In this document: positions 1 through 11,800 of the stretch, one piece after another
Numbering within the stretch: the stretch's first letter is position 1
Layout of the letters: each line of letters begins with the position of its first letter
From: Felis catus
Lineage: Eukaryota
Reading direction: 5' to 3'
NCBI RefSeq assembly: GCF_018350175.1
Contig: NC_058368.1
Span: 72,356,001-72,420,000 of the forward strand
DNA length: 64,000 nt
The notes under the pieces: generated by a model
What the model was told of the DNA's origin: nothing
Databases searched by the model: none
The model's input: the letters and a program-made list of their open reading frames with translations, nothing else
Made by a program: the position numbers and the translations under genes

Positions 1-153
1 CATTTCCATCATGTCTGATTACCTTAAAATTCAAAGGATAAATTTAAAAATGTTTAATGACACAAAGACTTTTGAAGGTATAAAGTTTCTTGCATTGGTC
101 TTTGAAGAAGATAAAATCATATAACATGTATAGTTAACCTTTAAAGTGTCGTT

Positions 154-374
154 GGGGCGTTGGGGTCCCTGGGGGGGCTGAGTCGGTTAAGCTTCTCACC
201 CTTAATTTCAGCTTGGGTCATGACCTCCCAGCTCCTGAGTTTGAGCCCTGCATTGAGCTCTGCCCTGACAGTGCAGAGCCTGCTTGGGATTCTCTCTCTC
301 TCCCTCTGACCACCCCCCTCCCCCACCTCTCTCTCTCTCTCTCTTTCTCAAAATAAATAAAGCTTTACAAAAAA
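154..374 (+). mobile_element. Can-SINE (SINEC, tRNA-derived)
   Basis: tRNA-like head, CT tract, AAATAAA tail. Confidence 0.9.
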
Positions 375-716
375 TGTTGTTACCAGTTTTGGGAGACAAT
401 TCATCATTTTTTTAAGCTCTGGCTCATAGTTTCCAAACCCAAACTAGCAAATATCCTATCTGTCCACTTGATTACATGGTTGCCTTTCCTGACAGATTTT
501 AGGGTTCCTCACTGAACTCCCTGCTCCTGGCCGACCGCTCGGCTTATAAGTAGGATATAATGTTGTGGGGAAATGTGGTTTTTTTTTTTCTTCACAAACT
601 GGAAATCCATTTGTGACTCTTCCCCTGAGATAATTTATATAGCATGAAAATTCTGAAATTATCCCAGCATCACTGATAAAGGATAAAAACAAATATGTAC
701 ATGCATGCCCAGGTAT

Positions 717-718
<2 letters not shown>

Positions 719-758
<40 letters not shown>
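719..758 (+). repeat. (AC)20 microsatellite
   Basis: Read directly. Confidence 0.97.
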
Positions 759-761
<3 letters not shown>

Positions 762-983
762 GTATGCTGGAAAGAGACACAAATGGAACACATTTCAAAG
801 AAAGGCCATAAGCAAATAAGAAAATGCCACTCAAACTTTTGTCTCTAAACTGCAAAGAAATTATACAATTTTGAGTACTTCTTTTTTCTTTTAAAAGTAT
901 TTTTCCTCTCTTGAATACCTTGCAAGCCATATCTAAAGTTATAACTGCATTACCACCATTTCACATGACCTGACTCATCTTCG

Positions 984-1226
984 TTTTTTTTTTTAATGTT
1001 TATTTATTCTTGAGAGAGAGAGAGACAGAGAGAGACAGAGAGAGAGACAGAGAGAGAGGAAGCAGGGGAGGGGCAGAGAGAGAGGGAGACACAGAATCCG
1101 AAGCAGGTTCTAGGTTCTGAGCTGTCAGCGCAGACCCCAATGCTGCGGGGCTGGAACCCATAAGCCCTGAGATCATGACCCGAAGCAAAGTTGAACACTT
1201 AACCGACTGAGCCACCCATGAGCCCC
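984..1226 (-). mobile_element. Can-SINE (SINEC_Fc)
   Basis: Typical body; tcatcttc on both flanks. Confidence 0.93.
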
Positions 1227-1543
1227 TCATCTTCAGTTTTTATACAGGTTCTAGCACTATCCTTATTAGGGACCCCACATCTCTTCTGCCAAGATGTCAC
1301 ATCTTCTATGAACAGAAAAGGGGTCCAATGAGCCTGTTCACTTTTTAATTTTCCTCTCAAGCCTGATTTTTCCTTCACTTTATCTGGCCTTAGCAATAGC
1401 TGGGTGAAAATATACCACAGAAGAATAAAAATCCAACCTAGAAAGTCCCACAGAATAAAACCCAATCAATTAGGAAGTCGATTTTTGTTGGAGAGGTTTG
1501 AGAAGCCATGATTCTTATTTAGAACAGTTGAAACTTAATCTTT

Positions 1544-1762
1544 TTAAAAAATTTTCTTTTTAATGTTTATTCACTTTTGAGAAAGAGAGAGACAGAGTAT
1601 GAGCAGGGGAGGGGCAGAGAGAGAGAAGACACAGAATCCCAAGCAGGCTCCAGGCTCTGAGCTGTCAGCACAGAGCCCCATTCAGGGCTGGAACTCGTGA
1701 ACTGTGAGATCATGACCTGAGCGGAAGTTGGACACTTAACCCGCTGAGCCACCCAGGTGCCC
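1544..1762 (-). mobile_element. Can-SINE (SINEC_Fc)
   Basis: TSD tgaaacttaatcttt 1529-1543 / 1763-1777. Confidence 0.95.
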
Positions 1763-2776
1763 TGAAACTTAATCTTTGAATGTAAAAAGCCACTGTTGCC
1801 ATATACCAGCCTGGGGAATAACTGTCATAGACCACCCTGTCCTTTCCTACTTAATATCGAATCAAATCACAGTCGTAGCTATAAAAATGTGAAGCATAAA
1901 CTGTAAAAGAATAGCCTCCTGTTAATTTCCTATCCCTATTAAAGGTCTTCTCCTCCGACCTTGGCCTCCATATACAGCACAGTCAATCACTGGTACCCAC
2001 CAGCAGGGAAATCTGGCCTATCTGATGGATACACAACCAGAGATTAAGACTACAACCTTAGGAGGCCTGAACCTGCACGTGTACGAATACAAGTCCTTGA
2101 TAATTTATCCTATGATGCTTCAAGAATGTATAAAGACCTGAATTCAGAGTTATCAACCATCCTTAAAGAGGAAAATTCCGAGTCAGAGGGGCAGCCCCTT
2201 CCTTGTTCAGGATTCTGGGGCCCTCTTAAGATTCCATCCAGTCTCTTAAGGACTAAGGGACAAAACGCTGTTGCTTAGGCAGGACCCTGTGGCCACCCTA
2301 AGGACAGCTGCTCAACAGGACCAATTAATAAAATGAGGACTCTGAAGCTCCCAGCAAGCCGCAGGAGCAGGGAGCAGGGTGGGGTGGGCAAGGCCCCGGC
2401 CCCTTTCGTTAACCTGCTGGAGCTGGGTTGTCCCCTTTACCCCACGGCGCGCTCGCCCTCAGGTGCCGAGGGGCCGCCGTGGGCCGCGGCCGCCGCGGCC
2501 CGCGCCACCTGCCCCTGGGGCGCCTGGCGGGGCAGGCCTGGATCTGGCGGCCCTGGCTCCCCGCGCCCACCGGAGATCAGGCGGGGCGGGGAAGGCGCAT
2601 CCCCCCGCAGGGGCAGGGAGGCGCCTCACGGCCGCCCGCACCCCCTCCCCGAAGAGGCTGGGGCGCCTTTTCTCCCCTTCCCCCCGCCAGCTCCGGGCCT
2701 TCGCCCCCCGCCCACCCGGCCCCGCCCGGCGAGGGCCACCGGCGCGCGCCCGGGGCCTCGGGCGGCCGTGACCAAC

Positions 2777-2819
2777 CTGTAACCCCAGTGCTCGCAGCGG
2801 TCATGGTGCCGCGGGCGCG

Positions 2820-2857
<38 letters not shown>

Positions 2858-2960
2858 GGCTGCGGGCCAGGCGCGGCGCCCACCCCGCGGGGACGCGGTC
2901 CCTCACCTCCCGCGCTCCGTCGGCGCGCGCCACCCGGCCGGGGCCGCGGCTCGGCGCTCG
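2777..2960 (-). other. NALCN: Non-coding first exon (5' UTR) of NALCN; 5' boundary approximate
   Basis: Minus strand reads ...GCCGCCGCGCCCGCGGCACCATGACCGCTGCGAGCACTGGGGTTACAG|GTTGGT, a donor at 2776; resembles the recalled human NALCN exon 1 end. Confidence 0.7.
2818..2859 (+). repeat. (CGG)9 TGG (CGG)4 trinucleotide repeat
   Basis: Counted directly. Confidence 0.97.
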
Positions 2961-5125
2961 GCGTGCAGGCGCGCGCTGCTGCCACCCGGGCCCCGGGCCT
3001 GCGGGCAAGGGGGTGGGGGTGGGGGGGTCAGGGCTTTTTGCTCTCGGCTTTTTTTTTTTTTTTTTTTTTTTTATCAGAGTTGTCTTTGCCGCAGGGGCTG
3101 CGACGACGCCACGGGCTGGAGGGAGGAAGCGGGAGAGGAGTCTGCACTGCAGTTGGTGGGGAGCAAGAGTGTCGGTGCTAGCAGGTTCCTTCTCGCTGGC
3201 TGCCACCGGCAGTCAGTCTCACAGCAATACCGGGGCTCTCCTCTACCGGCTCCTCTCATGCAATCGGCCCGTGCATGGCCGCATGGCCTTGTGCACCGGA
3301 GAGGGGCACACGCGGGGCACATGCAAGGACATTGCACAGAGCTGAGCAGGGCCCGCGTGCGTGCGTGTGTGAGCGTGTGTGTGACTGTGAGTGATCTGGC
3401 CGTTCAGGACACAGTTTCTGAGGACGTGGACTAGTTTCACCCTTGAGGAAATTGCTAAAGGAATGCCTGGGTGACACAGTCTTCTAAACATGTGAACATT
3501 TCCCCTTAAAATTAAAATACTTTGCTATCTGGATGAGGCGGGATGACCAGTCAAGTATTGACGGTTACCTCCATGTACTTTAAATTAGGAGGACAAGAGG
3601 CAGCATCTGATACCCTGCGGCTTCTAATTGACCAGGTTTAGGGAAATCTTGGAATCTTGAACCATACTCAGGCCCAGAGGACATCTTCTCTCGGCTGCAC
3701 TCTTTAAAAGCTCAATCAGAGACTGGCATCTTGCCTTGTAGTCAGATATTAAACCCACCAAGGAACCCTGGAGAAGTGATTGACATCATACACACAGGCA
3801 CATAAATAACAGAGAGAAAACTGAATGAAGCTTCCTCTAAAAGAGAAATCGGAACTCCAACAGAGAACAATCAATCAATCCCCTGTCAGAAAATATTATA
3901 GACCAAGAGATGGAAGTAAAGTCAGAAGCATCATTTTTAAAATGTATTTTCTGTTTATGTATATTTAATTAGGTTACATCTACAAAAGAAACCTGTGCAC
4001 AATCCATTCACTTTAGGACAATATTAGCACTTTTTTATTTTTTAAAGGCAATTTACAAATAATGGGCATTTCATGAAATTCAAATCCATGTGGAATGTTT
4101 ATTTTCAAATATCTGAAAATTTCAGAAGACCAACTCTATAAAAAGCTAAGTTTCAGACAAAGCAGGAAACCATGTGGAAACATTCTTCACAGCACAACAT
4201 GGAAAGTAATTTAAACAATAATAAATCTATAAACCATTTGTTTAGAAAAACTATTTACCAATTTGTTTAATCATCTTAAAACACTGCTCTCAATGGTTTG
4301 ATTTAAATGATAGTTTATTTCCATTTGTATCTCTAAAACATATAGCTGTGCATATTTTTTTTTAGAATTTGACAAGTCAGAATAATCAGTTATAAGATCT
4401 TATTAATGAAATAATTAAAGACCAAGATGTACAAATTTTGTCAATGAGGTGATAAAGGCAGCAAGTGTACTAAATCTCAGCACCACTCCCCACCAATCAG
4501 GCATTTCAGACCCTTCTCCAGTCCTGACTGAATTATGGCTGTGTAAGTATCTATAATTCACGTTTAGGAGCCAAACAGTTCCATGAATTATGGAATAAGT
4601 CTTGAGAAACCCATGGATGTTAATGAAGCAGTCATGGAAAGGATCAAAGCATGCATTCTGGAATCTGTAGGAACTCAGCATATATGGGAGTAGACAATCA
4701 TCATAAAAGGCAGATACCTATGCGCCAAATATCACTCTATCCCTTCTATCTGCTCCTCATCCCTAGTGCTTTCTTAGCAGTAAAATTAGGGAGGTCCAAC
4801 AGGCTCTGAGGCTATATTTATTGCTATAATTCAATGACAGTGCATTGCTATTCTATGGGTTCAATATAATTCACAGGTGTGTGTTTGACTTGCAAACATT
4901 TTTGACAAATTAAAATCAATTACCAAGATTGAAAAACATGAGATTTTTAGTGTATCGCAGAAAACGGGAAGATCCAGCCAGGTCAGATGTGCATTTCCAC
5001 ATGGCAAAGAGCAGCTGGAGGTGCATATTCTTCCCATTTGCTCCTACCCCCAAGCCTGCTTCCATGCCTGGCCCCAGGGAGGCATTTAAGTGTGAGAGCC
5101 TGTACAGTTAAATCTGTATTCAACA

Positions 5126-5359
5126 GGGGCGCCTGAGTGGCTCCGTAAGTTGAGCGTCCGACTTCAGCTCAGGTCATGATCTCGCAGTTTATGAGTTCGA
5201 GCCCGGCGTTGGGCTCTGTGCTGACAGCTCAGAGCCTGGAGCCTGCTTCGGATCCTGTGTCTCCCTCTCTCTCTGCCCCTCCCCCACTCACACTGTCTCT
5301 GTCTCTCTCTCTCTCTCCTTCAAAAATACATAAACATTAAAAAAATTAAATAAATAAAT
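5126..5359 (+). mobile_element. Can-SINE (SINEC_Fc)
   Basis: TSD aaatctgtattcaaca 5110-5125 / 5360-5375. Confidence 0.96.
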
Positions 5360-5968
5360 AAATCTGTATTCAACAGTATGTGATCAGGAAGGGGCCCTGT
5401 CAAACAGAGAGGAGACTGTCAAATACAGGGAACTTTATAATAGAGAGGATGAACCCAGGGCAATGTACGACTAAGACAGTAGACTATGAATTGGAGAAAA
5501 TTTCGTTCATGGCCTGGCAAGCACTTTGGAAGGGAAGTAGCTATGAAACTCTCAAGATAGTAAGAATTTAATGAAAATGAGATATTTCTTCTCACTAACT
5601 CATCTGTCCTTACTGCTTACTTCCACCTAAAATTAGTATCCTACTTGACACCATAGTGAGTAGCTGAGAAAACACTAACAATTGCTGGAAAAGAAATTTA
5701 AATATCCATGGGGGGAACGCCACGTGCTTTATGGGAACATCGGAACCTATTCAACTCCAAGATTCTGTTACATTAGATTTATGGGGAGATGACACTAAGG
5801 TTAAGATTGGTTTTAATGTGCACACTATTCGTTTCTATTGGGTGTTTTGAGGGCTCACATATGGCTCACTTGCCACTCAATATTGGTATGGTTGAATTTT
5901 CTCTGATGGAGATACTTTGGGCAGGGAAACCAGAGGTCCAGAAGACCCACTTTGAGAATAGAAATAGG

Positions 5969-6199
5969 TGGTGCGCCTGGGTAGCTCAGTCAGTTAAACC
6001 TCCGACTTTGGCTCAGGTCATGATCTCAAAGTTGGTGGGGTTCGAGCCCTGCATGGGACTCTGTGCTGTCAGCGCAGAACCTGCTTCGGATCCTCTGTCT
6101 CCCTCTCTGTCTACCACTCCTGAGCTTTCTCTCTGTCTCTCTCTCTCAAAAATAAATAACAGTAAAAAATATTTCATGAAAAAATAAAATAAAATAAAT
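5969..6199 (+). mobile_element. Can-SINE (SINEC_Fc)
   Basis: TSD atagaaa(t/c)agg 5958-5968 / 6200-6210. Confidence 0.94.
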
Positions 6200-8431
6200 A
6201 TAGAAACAGGCTCACCAGGGGGCATCTACTCACAGATTAGCCCGTTCAGAATTGAGTCTATGCAGAATAGATGCATTTTGATGATGGGGAGCCCAAGGGA
6301 GGCTTACCACAGTTTGTTTCCTAGATATCCCAGCAGGAAGCATGATATTGGGTGTCTCCGGAGTGTTCTTATCTTCTCATAAATCAGCTTTCCAGACAAC
6401 CAGGAAACATTCATTCACCACTTAAATATTACAAGGTTTTGGAAGGCACCTCACATGTTACCTTTTCCTTAAGGCAATGTTTCCTAAGCTTTCTTCATCA
6501 TAAGGATCATGGGGGTGATCTTAAACATTTCCTTGGAGATTCTGATTAAGTATCTCTGGATACTTAACTATGCAACTATGGAGACTCTGTCTTAATAAAA
6601 CAAGTATTCCTGTGAGCATGGTCATTCCAGAAATTGGCACTAGTCATGATTATTTCTTTCCTAATAGACCAGAGTGGACTTGCCCACTGTCTTCTCTCTC
6701 CTGTAAGTCCCGTGGACCTCCAACATCGTATGAACACTGATCCAGTTCTGGAATCCCAACAGACCCTGAACTTATGTTGTAGTTGTGTTATCTGAAGCAC
6801 TGAAAACATATGAGTGCAACTAGGTGGTCAAAGACCCTCTGCTGAGTCATATCTGAGGTCTTCCCAAGGTCATATGACCAGTTAATGTTTCAAGAAGTTT
6901 TTACATTCAAATCAGTCTTAGATAGATAGGCTTATCGCACCTTTCAAAAGCAAATAAAAGAAAGGGAGATGGTATTAAACCTCAGACAGAAGCTATGACT
7001 CTTAAAATAGGCAGAAATATGTTGGAGCAAGAAAGGCAATCGATTTCTCTTACAGAAAAATAAACTGTGTAATGATGGAGATGGGATTCCAGAGGACAAC
7101 CTGGACTGACATCAAAGTGAGCATGGTCCTCACACTGTGCTTACTTTACAGGTTAATTTAAAAATAATTCATAGATCACCATTTTATTCTGCTTTAGATT
7201 AAGTTTTCAGAGGAAAGACTGGGAAATCAGGAATAAATAATAATATCAGTGAAACACTTGCACTGGGAGCAGACCACAGGTCTCATCGTATCAAGCCAGA
7301 GCTGAGCCAGTGGCCCAGAGAAACTTGTGGACTTCTGAAAGCAAAGGTCATGTTTCAAGAGAATCACTCAGTAATAAAATGATGTATGTTTGGACTATTT
7401 AATAATAAAAGCTGCTACCAGATAGAAGTAAATGTGTCAGTTCTGAAAATAACCCTGAAAATCTCATTTATTGTAGAAAATACCTTGTAAGCTCCTCATA
7501 ACCAAGGTCTCAGACCCCTCAAGGCTGATGGGCTAGGACACTTCACAAGGCAAGCACCCAAAGGTGCTAGTGCAGAGACGACAGATCTGGAAGAGGTGAT
7601 GGAGAAGAGAGCTGACAGGCATCACTTATGAACTTGGGGTCAGCTACAGCATTAGGGACTGCCCATCTCTCTAATTCTCCTCTTGTAAATTGTCCAGGAA
7701 TTGGGACCAATCACAATCCCGGAGAAACTGCGCCTGGATGGAATAAACAATGCACAATGTGAGAAGCAAATAGATCTGAATAGCACTGAGAAGGCGAGGG
7801 TGGAAGGCGTTGGAAACTGTTGATGCCACACTCAAGGCTCTCTAACAGGCTAGGGTACCCATCCCCAGATGCCGTTAGGGTTAGTGCTAACTGCTCATAA
7901 CTGTCTCCTTCAGAGAATGTATAATGTCTTATATTATATACTTGTTTGGGCTATTGTAAAAACATTTAATTTAAGAAGATAAAGTCAGATTTATGCTACT
8001 TTCTGAAACCAATGAATCTTGGGCTAACAGATTTCTTGATATTCTGTAGCCCTTCTTTTCATGGAAGATATCTACAGAGAGAGAAAGATAAATGAGAATA
8101 TGTATCATCAGCGGGGGGCAGGGAATGACAAAGCCATTTGGAACCATATCAAATAAATAAGATTCTTTTAAGAAATGTGCATTATGGTTTATCTACAAAG
8201 CTATTCAACCTCACTAACCCCAATGGTGACCTGCAAAGTTGGTTTTGAGATGTTTCCAGATGGAATCTATCAAAATAACAAGCATTTCTTAAAGAGTACA
8301 AGCAGTTGGGGAAAATTTCTGAAAGACAGAGGAAATATACTCACCTTATATTATTATACATTAATGTTTTCCAATGGATAAAATTGACCCTATTCTTCTT
8401 TCCATACAGTGTTTCCATACTGTGTGTGTGC

Positions 8432-8668
8432 AAAGCCTTCAGTGGCCATTGGATTCAGCATCCACATCTAGGCAGGATGATAACTAAACTATACCAAAAA
8501 TACTGTTGCTTTCTTATATAAGACTCTTTTTGGAAAAAAAACTGTAAACTTTTTTCTGTAAGTTTTCCCTATGGTATACAGCAAAATAAAAATTATGGAC
8601 ATGATTTGTTTGTTGTGCTCATATTACACCAAGCCATGGGTGTAATGGGTCTTTGTAACTAAATTTGT
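8432..8668 (+). repeat. Chimeric local duplication (copy of 9135-9328 joined to copy of 10666-10722)
   Basis: Direct visual alignment of the segments. Confidence 0.93.
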
Positions 8669-9134
8669 AAATGATAATAATTTATGAACACATATCTTCT
8701 AATTTAGATTTTTAAAGCCCTTAAAGAGAGTAATCTAAGCTTATAAGCCTTTGCATTCTATTTCCCCTTGTCTAGTACTTTTTTTTTTTTTTTACCTAGT
8801 ATGGTACCTCATCAGTATTTGTTTAATGAATTAACAAAATGCCAATTAGTCCACAAATTCAATTGTTTAAGATTTAAATGCTTTATGTGAATAATTTACC
8901 TTTGATGCAGTAGGTATTTTTAGTGAGGCAGTCAAATATTTTTATATTAGGAACTGAAAATTTTCCATTCCTTGACCAGAAACCAATCTCAAAACACAGC
9001 CATGATAATGTCTAATTACTAAACCACCAGGGAACTGAAGCTTCCTATTTTAGTGTGAAAATAAAATAGAGAATGATGTTGAATAAGTATGTCCTCATTA
9101 GTCTTCAAAGCATTCTCACATTGTGAGACTGGAG

Positions 9135-9328
9135 AAAGCCTTCAGCGGCCATTGGATTCAGCATCCATATCTAGGCAGGATGATAACTAAACTATACCAA
9201 AAATACTGTTGCTTTCTTATATAAGAATCTTCTTGGAAAAAAAACTATAAACTTTTATCTGTAAGTTTTCCCTATGGTATACAGCAAAATAAAAATTATG
9301 GACATGATCTGTTTGTTATGTTCATATT
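9135..9328 (+). repeat. 194-bp segment duplicated at 8432-8625
   Basis: Same length, few substitutions. Confidence 0.93.
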
Positions 9329-10599
9329 TTGGGGGGGGGGGTGGGGATCCACTGTATTCTGTATTAGACCACATCTAAGTGACGTGTTCACTTTTAAAGG
9401 GATGTAATAAACAGCAACCAACCAAGATGGTGAGGAGACTTGAACCCCTGGGAAATGAGGAAAAGTTGAAGAATTCATGAGTGGTAGAAGAACCATGTTG
9501 AAATACCTGATAGGCTACTGAATGAAAAGGAAATTAAACTCATCCTGGGGCTGCCCCAAGACTAGAACTGATGATTAGGAGCTTTAGAAACACATGTTTT
9601 AGTTTGGAATATGGAAGAAGTCATGTAATAGACTGTCTTAGAATGTAGCAATCTCCATCCACATCCATCACGAGAAGCATACAAAATGCACATGGTGGCT
9701 GGACTATATAATGTTCAAGGTGCCTCTCACTCTTGCTTTGACATTCACTTAGACACCGTAAAAAGAGGAAAAACAATATAATGCACCTCATTAGTTTGTT
9801 GAGAAGCACTTAGCACACAGTTATAAGTAATAGCACTCACTAAAAGTCAGCTGCTAATAACATCGATGAAGTTCTAAGATTTAGTCTTTATAAATTTATC
9901 AGTGGGAGATTATTTAAGTCTTGTGTTTATAGATCACTTTTTTGGCATTATCAATATTATCCTGAATGGTAGTTTGGGTATCACTTAAGCAACTTTAGGA
10001 TATCCCGATGCAACTAAAACTTATTTAGTAGCATCTGGGGAGCAATCTTGTGAATTCTACACTGTCAGGATCTTACAAGTTGAATTGTAGCACTATGCTG
10101 CGATTCCAGAGGCAAACGATATGATAAGATAATGTGGGGTGACTGTAGGAAGGGTGAAGAAAATAAACTTAATAAAATCTGGCAGACCGAGAGAACTCCA
10201 GCAGCACAGCTTTGTGTTAATTGTTGAAAAGCAACAGCAGCTGAGGTCAGCCTTATGTTTCACATACAAGACACAGAGGAAATGGCTCATCTTGAGCAAA
10301 AGGTGTCATGAAGTCCACCTGGGAGAGCTGGGTACAGAGACAAAGACAAGCCAACCAGTGATCTGATTACCTGCTTACCCTGGGAAGGTAGTTCTGTAAA
10401 AACGTTGCTATGTCACGGAGAATAAGGCTGGCCTCTGCAGCATCTTCAACAAAAAGAAAACATGTGTGACTGCTAAGAAGGACAATGAAGTTGTCTTAGC
10501 ATCACACTTATTTAATTCCTCTTGGTTCCTCCAACCCCAAAGGGAAAATGGAGAGGAGGCAGTACAGCTGTAGAGCAGGACAAAGCTGGGGCTAGATGA

Positions 10600-10722
10600 G
10601 TGACTAGAGCCAATGGCTTTACCTCTCCAGGCCTCAGTTTTCCCATCTGTGGAATGGAAATAATCTGTTGTGTTCATATTTACCAAGCCATGGGTGTAAT
10701 GGATCTTTGTAACTAAATTTGT
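10600..10722 (+). mobile_element. MIR fragment
   Basis: acctctccaggcctcagttttcccatctgtggaatggaaataat. Confidence 0.7.
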
Positions 10723-10933
10723 GGACTCAAGCAATGGTTATCAAAAGACTTCCCAAAATCCAGTGACCAAGCCATGGGTGTAATGGATCTTTGTAACTAA
10801 ATTTGTGGACTCAAGCAATGGTTATCAAAAGACTTCCCAAAACCCAGTGACCAAGCCATGGGTGTAATGGATCTTTGTAACTAAATTTGTGGACTCAAGC
10901 AATGGTTATCAAAAGACTTCCCAAAATCCAGTG
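10682..10933 (+). repeat. 3 x 84-bp tandem repeat
   Basis: Units start at 10682, 10766 and 10850; one substitution seen (aaaatccagtg vs aaaacccagtg). Confidence 0.97.
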
Positions 10934-11339
10934 ATCCAAGAGTGTATCCATTTTTCCAAATAAGTCATCAGAAATCATCTTCTTTGATTCAAACCTGTTT
11001 CTTCTCGTAGTGGATATAAAATGGTTGCTCAACATGAATTCTGCCATGCATTTGTGTATATGCCTATATATTATTATTATTGTGTGTATATGATTTTTTT
11101 AATGTACAGAGGCATTTGCTGAAGTTAGCCTAATCTACTTTTTCTCCAAATTAAGTAATTCATTTCTTCTTGATCAATTATTCAATATGGAACCACAATT
11201 CTTAAATCACTGGAAATGACTATCCTTATTGGTCATAAACAACTGAATAACAGTAACTGTTTATGGTTTAAACTAATATATTCCACATAAAGTTAGGTGC
11301 TATATGTAGTCACAGAAAATATATATGTTATTTTAGTTT

Positions 11340-11800
11340 GAATTTCTCAGAAGCAGACACAGGAATGAATATTTATGTGCCATTAATTTTAAAACAAGTG
11401 CTCCCAGAGGAAATTAACTTGGAAGTAGAGGAAGCAGGACAGGGAGAGGAAGAAGATACAGGCAACTGTGTAATTTTAGACACAAGACCCACAGAGAATA
11501 AGGTTTATCATGATTATGCAGAGGAATGCAGGATTTTAACTTTTGACTCACTGTTGTCTAAATCTAGGCAAATTTGCTGGGCTTTCACCCAACAGTCAAT
11601 CAACAGATTGTTTAATGGTTTCAGGAAGGTAAGCAAGGTTGTGGCAAGGGACATGCTCAGGGAATGAAACTAAACATCCACGCCCTTCTGACTGTCTGCA
11701 CCTGTTGACAAGTTGGCTCCAACAGTCTGACAAGGTGGCCAGAAGAAGATATACAAGTGCTGGTCTTTGAAAGTACACTAAATGGGCTCCATCCACCCAA
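11340..11800. mobile_element. Old ERVL LTR remnant (LTR16/LTR33-like)
   Basis: agaagcagacac...aagtgctcccag...ggaagcaggacaggga; highly diverged. Confidence 0.5.

Larger units (their letters stand above)
2380..3420. promoter_or_regulatory. NALCN: CpG island, promoter of the minus-strand neighbour gene (NALCN)
   Basis: About 1 kb of very high GC and CpG content with GC boxes in an otherwise AT-rich region. Gene identity inferred from conserved divergent synteny with ITGBL1; no NALCN coding sequence is present. Confidence 0.8.

Noticed and set aside
2333..3491. Many long overlapping ORFs (up to 305 aa) on both strands
   Set aside because: Stop-poor GC-rich CpG island; low-complexity Arg/Pro/Ala/Gly text with poly-Phe or poly-Lys from the T tract; no recognisable domain.
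2285..4490. REST/RE1 site near the NALCN promoter (ggacagc at about 2302, tcagcacc at about 4477)
   Set aside because: Only isolated half-sites, not a full RE1.
10682..10933. CRISPR-like array
   Set aside because: Head-to-tail identical units without spacers, in a mammalian genome.
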